Below, piece after piece: positions 1 through 13,994 of a stretch of DNA of 64,000 bases; the first letter of the stretch is position 1, and each line of letters starts with the position of its first letter. A model generated the notes under the pieces. That model was not told where the DNA came from, ran no database searches, and saw only the letters and a program-made list of their open reading frames with translations. Source of the DNA: Eledone cirrhosa. Taxonomy: Eukaryota. Both the position numbers and the translations under genes were made by a program. The stretch lies in contig OZ024746.1 in NCBI GenBank assembly GCA_964016885.1, forward strand, positions 49,910,001 through 49,974,000, read 5' to 3'.

Positions 1-447
<447 letters not shown>

Positions 448-448
<1 letters not shown>

Positions 449-3012
449 ACGCACGTGGTGGTAGAAGGTCATGAAATTGCTCCCGTAAGTTTTTGATTTT
501 TAACATATTTAAATCAATTGTGAAATAACAATTCTTAGTACAAATGATGCATAAATCACCGAATCAAGTCTCATAAAAATTCGGATCCATAATATATTGT
601 TATATCGCTCAAATATTCAATTTTGTATTATATATTTTATATTCAAAAAAGAAAATGGTTATAAATGGAAGAAAACCCCTCTGTCTACACTATATAGAAC
701 AGACAAATAACAGCAATTTCACCGACACCAGAAACTTGATACACCACCTACCCCATCACCCCGCTGTGTACACTAAATATAACAGCCAGATAACGGCAAT
801 TTCACCACCACCACCACCAATCCCAGCATCATAATAATAATTACTATTATTATTGTCTCAAGTTTTAACAAAATGATTAATTCCAATATTAAAGTAATAT
901 GTCAACACATATATTAAACATACGCGACACAAACGCATAGATACTACAGATCAAACAAAACTAGTCTATTCGACAAAACTCAGTAACGACAACGCCACCG
1001 CCACCACCACACCATCCATCATTGCTACCACTATCCCATCACCGCCGCCACCACTCCTTCATTGCTACCACCACTATTCCCCTGTTAACTTAAGAAAGGG
1101 GAATGTGTCGGTATCACTAGACAAGGGAGAGGCTAGCAAAAGATATAAATAGATTGACTTAGTGACCCGGCCACCGGCCAAACGTCAACAACTATGGCAC
1201 TGCTGGCTCCCCTCTTCCCCACCAACAATATAAAAAGCCCCAGCACCAACACTGACATAGCCAACAACAATAACAGGCAACTTCAGCAAAAAGTATATTA
1301 TATTATTGTAATGCACTGGGTGATTGCTGGCCTTGTGCCTGGAGTGGAGACAATTATCAATAATTTCATTCTTAAGCCACGCAATGCTCACATTAAGGAA
1401 CCACTCATGATAATAACAATTTAAAAAAACAACAAAAAAGAAAACCCCGTGACCAAGAAATACCGGAATTGCGGCCGGCGGGGAATAGCCGTGTCTCTAG
1501 GGGAGAACGACCCCTCTAGTCTTGGTTGACACTCGTTCTAGAAGTGGTAACACGAAATGATTACCCCTTGGCGGATAAGGATAAAACGCGACAAAATAAA
1601 GTAAATGTCTAATGATAAAATCTCATACCGGATCGGCCGTCACCCGGGTAAAAAAGGGCCGCGTCCCTTAGAGAGGAACCAGACTGGGATCGAAAAATCA
1701 GCTAATGGTTCAAACCTTCCCATCACCTCGGAGCTGGAGACCTCCCATAACCGGAATACTCCTACTGTTGGCCCTCCATGCTCATCACCAAGAAATCCAA
1801 AGAAAAAGAGAGAAAAATGGTCAAGGGAAGATAATAAAGAAGTCCTTGAGACTTTCTACACTGCCATGTACTACCCATCAAATACATCGAATACAGAACA
1901 GACATATATCAACTGGAAAATGAAACATCCCGAAAACAGAGGCTATATTGACAGTAACAAACTAGCCAATATACGAAGAAATATTGTAAAAAAAAGTTAC
2001 TAACTGATATAGAAATTGATCAGATCAAGCTATTAGCACAAAGTCAGCGAAGGGGAAATGAAACATGTGTCAGTGAAAACGAGGTAAATTGTAACACTTC
2101 GAATCCCAGGGTTGGGGCGGAATCACTGGCAACAGAATAAATTAAAGGAAGGATCGAAAAAGTGGAGGGAGTGCATGCTCAAGATGAAACTACAAATGAA
2201 AATAATGAGATCGTAAATGATAAAGAAATGAATGAGAATGAACTTGCCAACTTGAAGGATGAAATTATGATCGAATGGATGAAAATGAAAGAATCTGACA
2301 TGTGGCAACGAGACCCCCCCCCCCTAAGATCCAGAACTCCAAACAGAACCAAAAGATAATACACAAGACTAACATAATTCTCAAAAACATTATCATCACA
2401 AACAAACTAAACATTACTGATTTAAATCATCTCTATTATGCATCGACTAAAGTCACCACTCACTTATATGGAGTGAAGATGAAAAAACAAAGGAATTCCC
2501 ACAAGAAATCTACTTGGCAAGAGAACATCAATCGCCAAATAAACCTTCTCCGATCTGACATAGAAATTTTAACAAACTATAAAGTAGGTGAACATGTTAA
2601 ACAAACTAAACTTAGAAAATTGAAAAGAAAGTACAGTATAAAATCAACAAGTGACATAGACATGCTGATAGAAATAATCAAGCAAAAATTGTCGGCCAAA
2701 GCTGCTCGTATGAGGCGCTTTGAAAAACGATCTAGATTCTATAAGGACAATAATATGTTCAAAAACAACCAAAGAAACTTCTACAGAAAAATTGGTAAGT
2801 CAACAATAACTGCTAAATCAATACCACCCAAGGAGGAAGTGCAAGAATTCTGGAAGATTCTGTCAATATAAGTACATCACAAGTCTAAACACTAAAGATG
2901 CATGTGTATGTATGTTCTTTCTTGAACATGGCGGACCTTGTTCTCTCTTGAGGTCACTGGTTGTGACTTGGTGATAACTCGTATGAACATAAAGCAAGTG
3001 AATGCAACTGTA
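448..3012 (+). mobile_element. Internally deleted R4/Dong-like element (family A): long 5' leader, frameshifted N-terminal ORF fused to the 3' end; no RT or RLE
   Basis: Reverse-complement match to ~16460-18800; ORF pieces 1605-2003, 2162-2359, 2302-2871; at ~2855 ...QEFWK joins directly to terminal ILSI*; followed by (TAA)n. Confidence 0.9.
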
Positions 3013-3281
3013 ATAATAATAATAATAATAATGATTTCTTTAATAACCACAAGGGTTTACATAAAGTAGACATTAAGGACAGTGCAGGACAATACAGGAC
3101 GGTACAAATAGGCATTTCTGCGTGTAAAAAACAAAAACAGAGGATGTAACAAAAAATAACAATGAAAAATTCCCTAATAGGTGGTGACTTCGGAGGGACG
3201 TTTGTGGAGAAAGCCCAGTAAAAGGCCACAATGGCCCTGACCACCAACGCAAGTACCCTCTCCCAGTTTTCCACCTTTAAT

Positions 3282-6200
3282 TTACAGATACGTACTCAGA
3301 GCAGGCCCATTTATTCGGGCCATTCTTGCTTCTCTCACCCAGCTTTCAACAAAATGCTGGGAAGAGAGCACTTCCCTCTCTACTCTGATTTTCCTTTTCA
3401 AATGAAATTTGAAAAAGTCAATCAGGGCATCACCGAAGAGGTAAGTGCTCGTCTTCAGCCCTTTCAAACGTGTTCACCATACTATCTCTTTCGCCATGGC
3501 CACCAGACAGATAGAAACTGTCTGCCCTTCCCGGCTAAAGGAAGTGGGCGGGGCAATCCTCACGATAGACTCAGATGATAGCCGGATCCATCCTACACGC
3601 GACAGCAGGTGTTCGACATAAACCCACAAGTCAGCAATTTTCGGACACTGGACGAGTGCGTGCAGGACGGTTTCGTCGCACTGCGCGCATCTCGGACATG
3701 CCCGGCTGACGGCACCTCCATGCCTATAGAGTTTATCCCGAACTGGCAAGGCTCCTCGGTAGCACTGCCAGGCCAGAGATTTCTGTAAATTGTCCATAGG
3801 TCGCGGCCCGAAAGTTCTTTCGAAGAGATTGGCTAGTTGATTTTATTCGACGCCTAGAGTTTGCCCAAGTACGTCGTCGCTCTTCCCCTCCACTAATCCT
3901 CTATAGAACGCCGAGTTGGAGTTTCCACCGATCACATTGCCCGATTGCTCGAGGGCTGTGAGCCCCTGAAGACATTCCAGTCTCCAGGCGCTCCCTCTCG
4001 GTCCTCGCTTGACCCAGGACTGCAGCTCCGTCAAGGAAACGAGCTGTGGAAATACGTCTCTAGCAAACGGCGACCACACCTGATCACCGTCGAGGAAGAG
4101 GTGGAGATGTCGTAGCCTGAGCGCGTGACTGCGCATCATCAGCCACGGCATTCCCAGCCCTCCACGTAGCCGGTGTTGACAGCATATGGACCGTCTGACG
4201 ATCGGAGCGCGTGCATTCCACAAAAAGCGAAAGATCAAACGCTCCAGCGCAGTCAGGCGGGGCTTAGGACAAGGTACGACGGTCAGGCGGTAGCAGATGA
4301 CAGACGCGATGTACGCGTTAGCGACCTCCGCTCGACCTTTCAGGGATAGCTTCCTCTCCGCCCATTTCTGGGTGAGAGAAGCCACCCTGCTCGTCACCTC
4401 GTCCCAGGTTTTTGTCCGACTGGAGGTCCGGACCGAACCAGACCCCTAGCAATTTAACCGGTCCGTCCGTCCAGCGTCCGTCGACGCTGTTGGACGGCAT
4501 GGACCTGCCTCTCCAGGTGCCGAGCTGCAGGCCCACTGACTTTTCCTGGTTGATCATTGCTCCTGTCACCGCTTCGTATTCTCTTAGTGTAGTGCCGATC
4601 GCCTCGATGTGTTTGGCGTTCGACACCACTACGGTGACATCGTCAGCATATGCTGACACGGATCTTCCGCATCCTAGTTCGCGCGGCACGCCCCTCAACG
4701 TCTCCAGTTTGTGCATTAATGGCTCGAGAGTCAATACGTACAAGAGGGACGAGAGGGGACATCCTTGGCGGACCGAGCACATGATGTTGAACGGTTCCGA
4801 AAGGTGGCCGTTTACTCTCACCACAGAGCAGATGTCGCTGTGCATGGCAGCGATCCAGCCTCTGAAGACGGGCTCCAAAGTCAGCCGCCCTCAGGACTGC
4901 CGCTAGGTAACGATGGTCGAGCCTATCGAAAGCTTTCGACTGATCTAAATTGATCAAGGACCCACCCGTGCCAGGTTCCCTAGCTACCCTCTCTACGATG
5001 TATCGCATGAGGTGTAGGTTGTCGGGATGGATCTGTCGGGAATGGCGCATGTCTGCGCCTCTCCCACCAGACCACCAACGACAAGCGCCAACCTCTTTGC
5101 TAGCACCTTGGCCAAAATCTTGAACTCTGTGTTTAGCAGAGTTATGGGCCTGACATTATCTATGTTATCCCCCTTGTTCGGATCCTTTCTCAGCAGTGCC
5201 ACCGCTCCTCGGCTCATAGAACTGGGAATTCTCCCGTTCTGTTGCCAGTTGCAGTAGACGTCCGCCAAGAGGCCTCCAAACAAGTCTGGCATCTGTACGT
5301 AAAGTTCATAGGGCAGACCATCCAAACCAGGCGATTTACCCCTTGTGCAGCCAGTCATTGCCTGCCTTACTTCAGCAGCTGTTATCGGCTTTTCGCAACA
5401 CTCCGCCTCAGTGGCCGAGAGCCGCGGCAGTCCGTCGAGGTAGACACTAAAGTCCATCCCTCGACCCGGTCCACCGCTGCCCCCTAACAGCTGAGCGTAG
5501 TGTCGCTGAAAAGCTTCACACATTTTCCTGGGATCGAGTAGCATGCGCCCGTCGTGGTCCACCAAAGACCGTATCGTGGCTTTGTTGCCACGACGCGCCT
5601 CCGCCACTCAGGCCCATTGAACGGCTTTCGTCCCCTCGTGTCTGAGAGCACGCACTCTAGCTCTGACAACGCAACCTTCGTGCTTTGCATTGAAGAATTG
5701 GTCAAGGGCCAATTTCGCCGCAAGCACGTCGGTCGCAATGCCTTTGCTAAGCGCCTCGTCTAATTTTCTAACTAGTTCTCCCTCTGCTCTATTTTTCTCT
5801 ATTGCTAAACATAATGGATTCTATTCTAATCGCTCTTTTCAGAGCACACCACCACTTGTTGTTGACGATGGCCCCCGTCAACGGCCGCTTAACTAGTTCG
5901 CTAATCCGGTCTCTGTAGGTCTTGCGCGCTGGTAAGGACGCGTTTAGCTTCCAGTAGCCGGGTCCTCGTCTATGAAGCCTATCTAAGTCAAGCACACAGA
6001 TCACGAATTCGTGGTCCGTGTAGCTGACTATCTTGAATTGTGGACAGACTATGCTAGACCTATCTATTTCCCTACAAAATACTCTATCTAGATATGATCT
6101 GGATGACCCTATGCGATTTGTCCAAGTCCACATTGGCACATTCGGGAAATCCAATCGGTACCTGTCAGACAGTTCAAAACGCCTGAGCAGGTTGGTGAGG

Positions 6201-6691
6201 CTCTTGCATCCTCCACCCCTATCCGCTTATCCCACACAGTCCCAGCGTGCATGTAAGATCCCGTTCCAGTCGCCCACTAACACTAAAGAGCGGGACGTTC
6301 CAAGAAAGGTCTCCAGATGCCGGAAGAAATCAGGCCGCCCTGCTCCTGTCGGGACATAGACGGCCACTAGCCTGAAAGCTTGCCCGTCTCCGCTGGTCAC
6401 GTCCAGCACCACCAACTTACCCTCTGGGTCCAGGAAGATGGCCCGTATGGCGAGATCCAAACTTCTCCGAAAAAGCACAGCAACTCCTCCCCCCGATCCA
6501 GGACGGCTGGGAGATGCGTACACATCGTAGCCGCCGAAGATCGGTGCGAAGGCACGTGCTTCGGAGATTCTGGTCTCGCTGATGGCCACTACATCTATGT
6601 TTAGTGACCTGAGGTCGTTGAGCAGCTGACCCTGCTTCCATGACGACCCCAAGCCACGCGCATTTATGTTGCCTATTCTGAGTAAGGTCAT
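3282..6691 (-). pseudogene. Tx1-like ORF2 (AP endonuclease + RT + Cys-rich domain), several frameshifts and stops
   Basis: NINARGL, SETR, GDWN, YLDRVF, TDH, YWKLN; KSPGLDGLPYE, RPITLLN, DQSKAFD, VRQGCPLS, AYADD, GGLGMP. Confidence 0.92.
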
Positions 6692-6726
6692 GTTTAAAAT
6701 AGAGTGGAAAAGATTGGAAAGACCAC

Positions 6727-8865
6727 TTACCGTACTTTTCGTAGAGGAAGGATGGTTTTTCCATCCCTTTTCACTTGATCGTCTGGTGAAGGGACCGTTG
6801 AATCGTCCCTTCGGCTGGTCGTCGGCTCTTCTATGAGTATGTCCGAATATACTCTTCGGTTGAGAGTCCCTCCTAGGTCTCTGAAATCACCAACTGCTTT
6901 GGGGAATTTCGTTTTAATGTTTGTGTATTGTTTCTGTGCTATTTTTAGCAGTCTTATGTTCGTTGGCGTTTTGATTGGTGCTGGTATTATCAAGTCGTGT
7001 TGTGAAATGTCTGTGTGTTCAATTATGTAAGTCATTAATTTCTTGTTGTGTGTATTTATTGCCGTGCATTTGTTTTTCTGGGGGTGGGGTGTGGTTCTGC
7101 TATTTTCTTGTCGTTGTTGCTGGGTGTGTGTGTTTTGTTGTTGTGTTTGCGATGTTGGTGCTTGTGGTGGTGGTGTTGAAGGTGTTGTTGTTGTTGGCGG
7201 TGGGGTTGTCGCCGGTGGTGATGGTGGTGCTAGTGTGGGTGGTGATGGTGGTGTTGCTGCTGTGAGTCTCTTTGCAGTAGCCTTTACCCTTTTTTCATTT
7301 CTTTCCTCCCTTTTCGAAGGCGACGATGCGCTGCTTCTGCGTTTGTGCCTTCTTACGATCTTTTGCCATCCCTCTCCCACCTCACACTCCATGTCTGATT
7401 CTGTGAGGTCAGGGAGGGGTACCAGCTCCACTCTTTCACTTGTTGTTGTTGGTGATGTTTGCACTGGAGTCTCTGTTGCAGCTGCATTTGGTATTGCTGT
7501 TGTTGTTGTTAATACTTCCACTGCTGCTACTGTTTTTGATTTCCGTGGCGTGGGTATGGGTGCCACGGACCTATCGTTCCTGGTTGCCGCTTGTCCTGTT
7601 GCTGATAGCCGTGGAGCCGGTTTCGGAAGGAGGGGGTTTTTCTCCTTTCTCAGGGTCTTCTCGTTGCAGAAGGCCCTGAGGTGAGTCTTCGATCCACAGC
7701 GAAAGCATTTCGGGCGTTTGCCCTCAACACTTATGGGCAGTTGAGTGCCATTATCGAAGTCTATCACATCCGGGATAGCTTCGATGCACTCCTGGTTGGT
7801 TTGGATTAACATCTCAATGGAGGTGCCGACCCAATTTTCTCTTACTTTTTTCTGTACTTGCAGTACAGTTGTTTTGTCCTCGATTCCGACGAGGACAGAC
7901 GCGGCCAGCCAAGAAGGGGCCATCCCGGGGGGAGGGGGACGTGGGTTAGTTTGACCCTCACAATTTTTTGGCCGCAGTAGGAGGGCACCAACACCATTTC
8001 CTCGCTCCTTAGGGTCACTAAGGATTGAGTCTTTGCCTCCTGGGGTGTGGCAAAAAGCACGTCTACGGGGGCATATTTCTTGCCTCGGGTGATGTGCGTT
8101 TTCCGCTGCCACACAGACCCTAAGGCTTTTTGTATTTGAGCCTCATGTGGCTCTTTCAACCCTACGGGATTTTGTGCTTACTGTACGGTACGTGACCGTA
8201 CAGTGCTGTTGGGTTTCGAAAAATGTTTCGGCTGCCTTGCAGATTGCTCGGTGTCCTGTTTTTGATACCATCTTCTTCGCTTCCTCTAATTCCTCATTTG
8301 TTATGAGGATGGTTTCCAGGTTCTTTGCGATACCTGCAAACGAGATTGATTTTTCTTTGCTGCTGTTGTTGTTGTTGTCGTCAGAGCTGCTGTTACTTTT
8401 GTTGTTGCTGCAGGTACTACAACTACTGCCGCCGCCGCTGTTGCTGTGGTTGTTGCTGTTGTTGCTGCTGCTGCTGCTGTTGTTGTTGCTGCTAATGCTG
8501 TTGTTGTTTATGCTGCTGCTGCTGATGCTGTTGCGGCTGCTACTGTTGTTTTCCTTGTCACTGTGGCTGCTGCTGCTGTTATTACGGCTGCTACTGCTAT
8601 TATTTCTGACGTCAGACGAATGAAATGGGTTTTCGTATTTCCTGCACACCTTTTTCGTCGTTGTCGTCGTCGTCGTGGAGAAATCTTGCACGCTTTGCAC
8701 GTGATTTTTCTTTTCTGGCGTCGCTTGCGAAAGAGAAGGGAGGGAGAGAGACACATTTAGAGAAGGGAAGGAGAGAGACAATCTTCTCTCTGCTGTAGTG
8801 ACGATTGAGGAAGAAGAAGACGGAATGAGTGGGAGTGACCTATGAAAATTCTTTTTCGTAGCCAT
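6727..8865 (-). pseudogene. Tx1-like ORF1 with Ser/Asn-rich N-terminus, zinc knuckle and Pro/Thr-rich tail, frameshifted
   Basis: CFRCGSKTHLRAFC (CX2CX4HX4C); ISFA and ISVEG motifs shared with ORF1 at 56789-57884. Confidence 0.8.
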
Positions 8866-9080
8866 GTTTTTTTTTGTTTAAAATAAATATTGGCCACAAA
8901 AACCCCAATAAGCGGTTATTTAACCCCGAAGAGCTAAATGACGGGCAGAAAGACCCCTCTCACGAGGAGGAGGGTGTTTTTGTCTACAAGTTGGTTAAAG
9001 TTTTAAACAATTTACAATTGTTATAGCGGTCAAAATTTACAATACCTTACAGAGCCGAGCCTCCGTCAACCATAGCATTC

Positions 9081-9121
<41 letters not shown>

Positions 9122-9122
<1 letters not shown>

Positions 9123-9653
9123 CGCATTCTGAGAAGTGGTATGAGCATAAGCCAGAGGCGGTGATAGAAAACGATCAGGTGAAGGTACTGTGGGATTTTG
9201 GGATACAGACGGACAAGAAACTGGAACACAATAGACCTGACCTGGTGGTTGTGGACAAAGAAAAAAGATCGTGCCTGATTGTGGATGTGGCCTGCCCATT
9301 CGACACGAGAGTGCAAGAGAAGGAGAGGGAGAAAATTAACCGACACCAGGACTTAAAGTGGGAGGTAAAAAGGATTTGGAACTGCCATGAAGTCAAAGTG
9401 ATCCCGATTGTCATAGGCGCACTAGGGACTATCTCAAAAGGTTTCCAGGGATGGTTAAAGAAAATTGGCCCCTTCACGCTTTTTGGAACGCTTCAAAAGG
9501 CATGCTTGCTGGGAACAGCAAGAACCCTCCGATACGTCCTGAATATCTGAGGCTGCAGGTAGTGGCTTGATTTTCATTTCAACAAACTTTCCAGTTAACT
9601 AACATCAATGACTGAGACTCAAAGAGTAATAACAACAATAATAATAATAATAA
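9122..9653 (+). mobile_element. 5'-truncated R4/Dong-like element (family B), RLE domain + 3' UTR
   Basis: NRPDLVVVDK...DVACPFD...EK, PIVIGALG (PD..D..K nuclease motif); (TAA)n on both sides. Confidence 0.9.
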
Positions 9654-9750
9654 TTGTTTCTACGTTAGGCACAAGGCCAGCATTTACCCAGTGCATTACT
9701 GGTACTTTATTTTATCGACTCCGTAAGGATGAAAGGCAAAGTTAATCCCG
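9654..9750 (-). mobile_element. 3' fragment of tRNA-derived SINE truncating the adjacent ORF
   Basis: Reverse complement of the SINE core ctttgcctttcatccttacgg..tcgataaaataaagtaccag. Confidence 0.85.
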
Positions 9751-12147
9751 CTACAATGCGTTGCTTCAGTTCCTCTATGATAACATTTAGCTTTTTCCTC
9801 CTAGTTTTGTACTTTATTTCCAGCCTATTTTTAGTGTCTATGTTTTTTAGTGTCCCATTCAGTCGGGACTCAAGCTTTCCAATGTCATTTATCATTTCCC
9901 TGATTTGACCACTCAGTCGTTTCTTCCACCAAGGCTCTGCTCTTTCTTGTCTGTTGTTTCCTCTCGCTTTTATACCAAGTAGTTTCCTCACCGTATTTGC
10001 TGTTGCTTTGAGGATATTTTTGCATTGGTGAAGGCTCCTCGCCTCAAGGTATGGGATGACTTTGTTTACCTTAGCTGTTGTTTCTTTTAACTTTTTCCTG
10101 TCTCCAAATCTTAGGTTCATAGGTCTCCCACTATCATTGTTCAATTCATCTACCACTAAGTTTAGGATATCAACCAAATCTTGTCCTAGCCCGTCAGCAT
10201 TCATCTCCTCAGTGGCCGTATCTCTGTTCCAGGTACTATTTATCTCAGCATTCAGATCATTGTCTGCTTCGGGTGGTTCCTCCGTTCTCTCGACCTCTTC
10301 ACCTTCATTTCCCACTGGCTCGTTTGCCTGGTATACTCCACTCTCCATCTCCAAGCTAATCTCTCTGCTCAGTTCCTCCAGTTCCAGCTCGCTTATCCAC
10401 CCATTAGTTCTTATTACCCGAGCCTGCCCGGCCAATTTTTGTTCATCTAATTTAAATAGACCAATCTCGTTCCAGATGTTATGCATCCGTTTCCAATAGC
10501 CTTTCTCCTTGTGGTTACTCTTCAGGTAACATTGCATAACAGTTCTATTCAATTCTTTCGTCCAGTTGGTTCTGGTCCCTTTCCTTCTTCTTCTTCCTCC
10601 GACACCAGCAGTATTTGGTTGACAGCCAGGTCCCTGCTGCTGAGCCAGGGAGCACCTGTTGGGTGAGAGTCTGTCACATGACATTCTAGTCTCCATTTCA
10701 CCGTTATTCGAACTGTTTAGGTTCGACATTTAAACACTCTTATCGAGGATTGGCGAATGTATGGTTACATAACCACCGGTGAATTCATCGCCTCCGGTGG
10801 TTTCGTCACTCCACGTGATTTTTGTGTGGCATTATCACGCTGTAGACGAACATAAATAAACAAACAAACAAACAGGCAAAAAAAACCCACACAATTGAAT
10901 AAGCATAAGTTTCATTGTAATGTAGTGTTTGAATGTCTGACTTAGTTTTTCTCTTCCCTTCTCTGTCCGTCTGTTTGTTTTTCTCTTCATTTTTATTTTC
11001 TTTACGTTTTTCGTTGTTGCTGTGCTGCTTTGATTTTGATTTTGACCGGGTCATCAATTCAGTCTATTTATATATTTTGATGCCTTCCTCTTTTAGTGGG
11101 GATTCTACAATGTAGCAGGGGGTAGCGGGAGAGAATAGCGGCGGTAGTGATAATGAGGCAGTGGTGGTGGTGGTGCTGGCGGTGCTGTGCTAGCAGCAAC
11201 TAACAGGAGGTAGTGGGAGAGAATAGCGTCGGTAGAGATAATGAGGCAGTGGTGGTGGTGATGTGATCGTATTACTGTAGTGATGGTGTTGAAATAGCGG
11301 TTGAGTCGACTTGACCAGAGTTTTCATCGTGGTAGTGGTGGTGGTGTTGGTGATGAAATTATCTTTAGTTATTTAGTCATTTTGTCATTTTTCTCCTTTT
11401 CGACTATAACATTCCTGATCCAAAATTAAATATTAATCTTGTTTATTAATATTGTCTAGTGATACCGCCACCTTCCCCTTTCGTAAGTTAACAGAAGGTA
11501 ATGGGGGGATAGCGGTGGTAGCAATGAAGGAGTGGTGGCGGCGGTGATGGGATAGTGGTAGTAATGATGGATGGGTGGCGGCGGCGGTGACTGTAGTGAT
11601 GGCGTTGTCGTTACTAAGTTTTGTTGAATAGACTGTAATTTTGTTTGATCGGTGAATCTATGGGGTTAGTCGCGCATATGTGTTGACATATTTTCTTAAT
11701 ATTGGAATTAAACATTTTGTTAAAACTTCAGACAATAATAATAGTAATTATTATTATTATGCTGAGATTGGTGGTGGTGGTGGTGAAATTGCCGATATCT
11801 GGCTGTTGTATTTAGTGTACACAGAGGGGTGCTGGGTAAGTGGTGTATCTAGTTTCTGGTGTTGGTGAAATTGCTGTTATTTGGATGTTCTATATAGTGT
11901 AGACAGAGGGGGTTTTCTTCCATTTATAACCATTTGCTTTTTTGAATATAAAATGTATAATACAAAATTGAATATTTGAGCGATATAACAATATATTATG
12001 GATCCGAATTTTTCTGAAACTTAAGCCGGATGCTTTATGTATCATTTGTACTAAGAATTGTTATTTCACAATTGATTTAAATATGTTAAAAATCAAAACT
12101 TACGGGAGTGATTTCACGACCTTCTATCCACCATGTGCGTCTTCTTC

Positions 12148-12148
<1 letters not shown>
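9750..12148 (-). mobile_element. 5' part of a second R4/Dong-like element (possibly family B): leader plus N-terminal ORF from 10729
   Basis: RTNWTKELN..W..KLAGQARVI parallels family A REKWSREDN..W..KLANIRRNI; PWWKKRL; 11452-12147 matches the family A leader. Link to the family B 3' fragments is inferred only. Confidence 0.8.
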
Positions 12149-12199
<51 letters not shown>

Positions 12200-12209
12200 G
12201 TTATTGTTA

Positions 12210-13394
<1,185 letters not shown>

Positions 13395-13419
13395 TGTTAT
13401 TATTATTACTATTGTTATT

Positions 13420-13832
13420 ACTCTTTGAGTCTCAGTCATTGATGTTAGTTAACTGGAAAGTTTGTTGAAATGAATATCAAGCCACTACCAGCAGCCTCAG
13501 ATATTCAGGACGTATCGGAGGGTTGTTGCTGTTCCCAGCAAGCATGCCTTTTGAAGCGTTCCAAAAAGCGTGAAGGGGCCAATTTTCTTTAACCATCCCT
13601 GGAAACTTTTTGAGATAGTCCCTAGTGCGCCTATGACAATCGGGATCACTTTGACTTCATGGCAGTTCCAAATCCTTTTTACCTCCCACTTTAAGTCCTG
13701 GTATCGGTTAATTTTCTCCCGCTCCTTCTCTTGCACTCTCGTGTCGAATGGGCAGGCCACATCCACAATCAGGCACGATCTTTTTTCTTTGTCCACAACC
13801 ACCAGGTCAAGTCTATTGTGTTCAAGTTTCTA
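13420..13832 (-). mobile_element. ~400-bp 3' fragment of family B
   Basis: ORF 13497-13802 nearly identical to the other family B C-termini. Confidence 0.9.
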
Positions 13833-13946
13833 ATTGTTAGTGTGTGTGCATGCACACATGGGATTACCTAACATTCTCTACGCTTTCTCGCAACTATCAG
13901 ACTAAACACACGCACACACCTACTCTACTTCCAGGACCCCCCACCC

Positions 13947-13992
<46 letters not shown>

Positions 13993-13994
<2 letters not shown>

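Larger units (their letters stand above)
3032..9089 (-). mobile_element. Tx1/L1-like non-LTR retrotransposon (family C), near full length, degraded, bounded by (ATT)n
   Basis: ORF1 with CCHC knuckle; ORF2 with APE, RT and C-terminal CPRC..ETVLH; 3' end ATTAAAGAAAT into (ATT)n. Confidence 0.9.

Noticed and set aside
7043-8760. Long plus-strand Val/Leu/Ala-rich ORFs
   Set aside because: Antisense shadows of low-complexity Tx1 ORF1.
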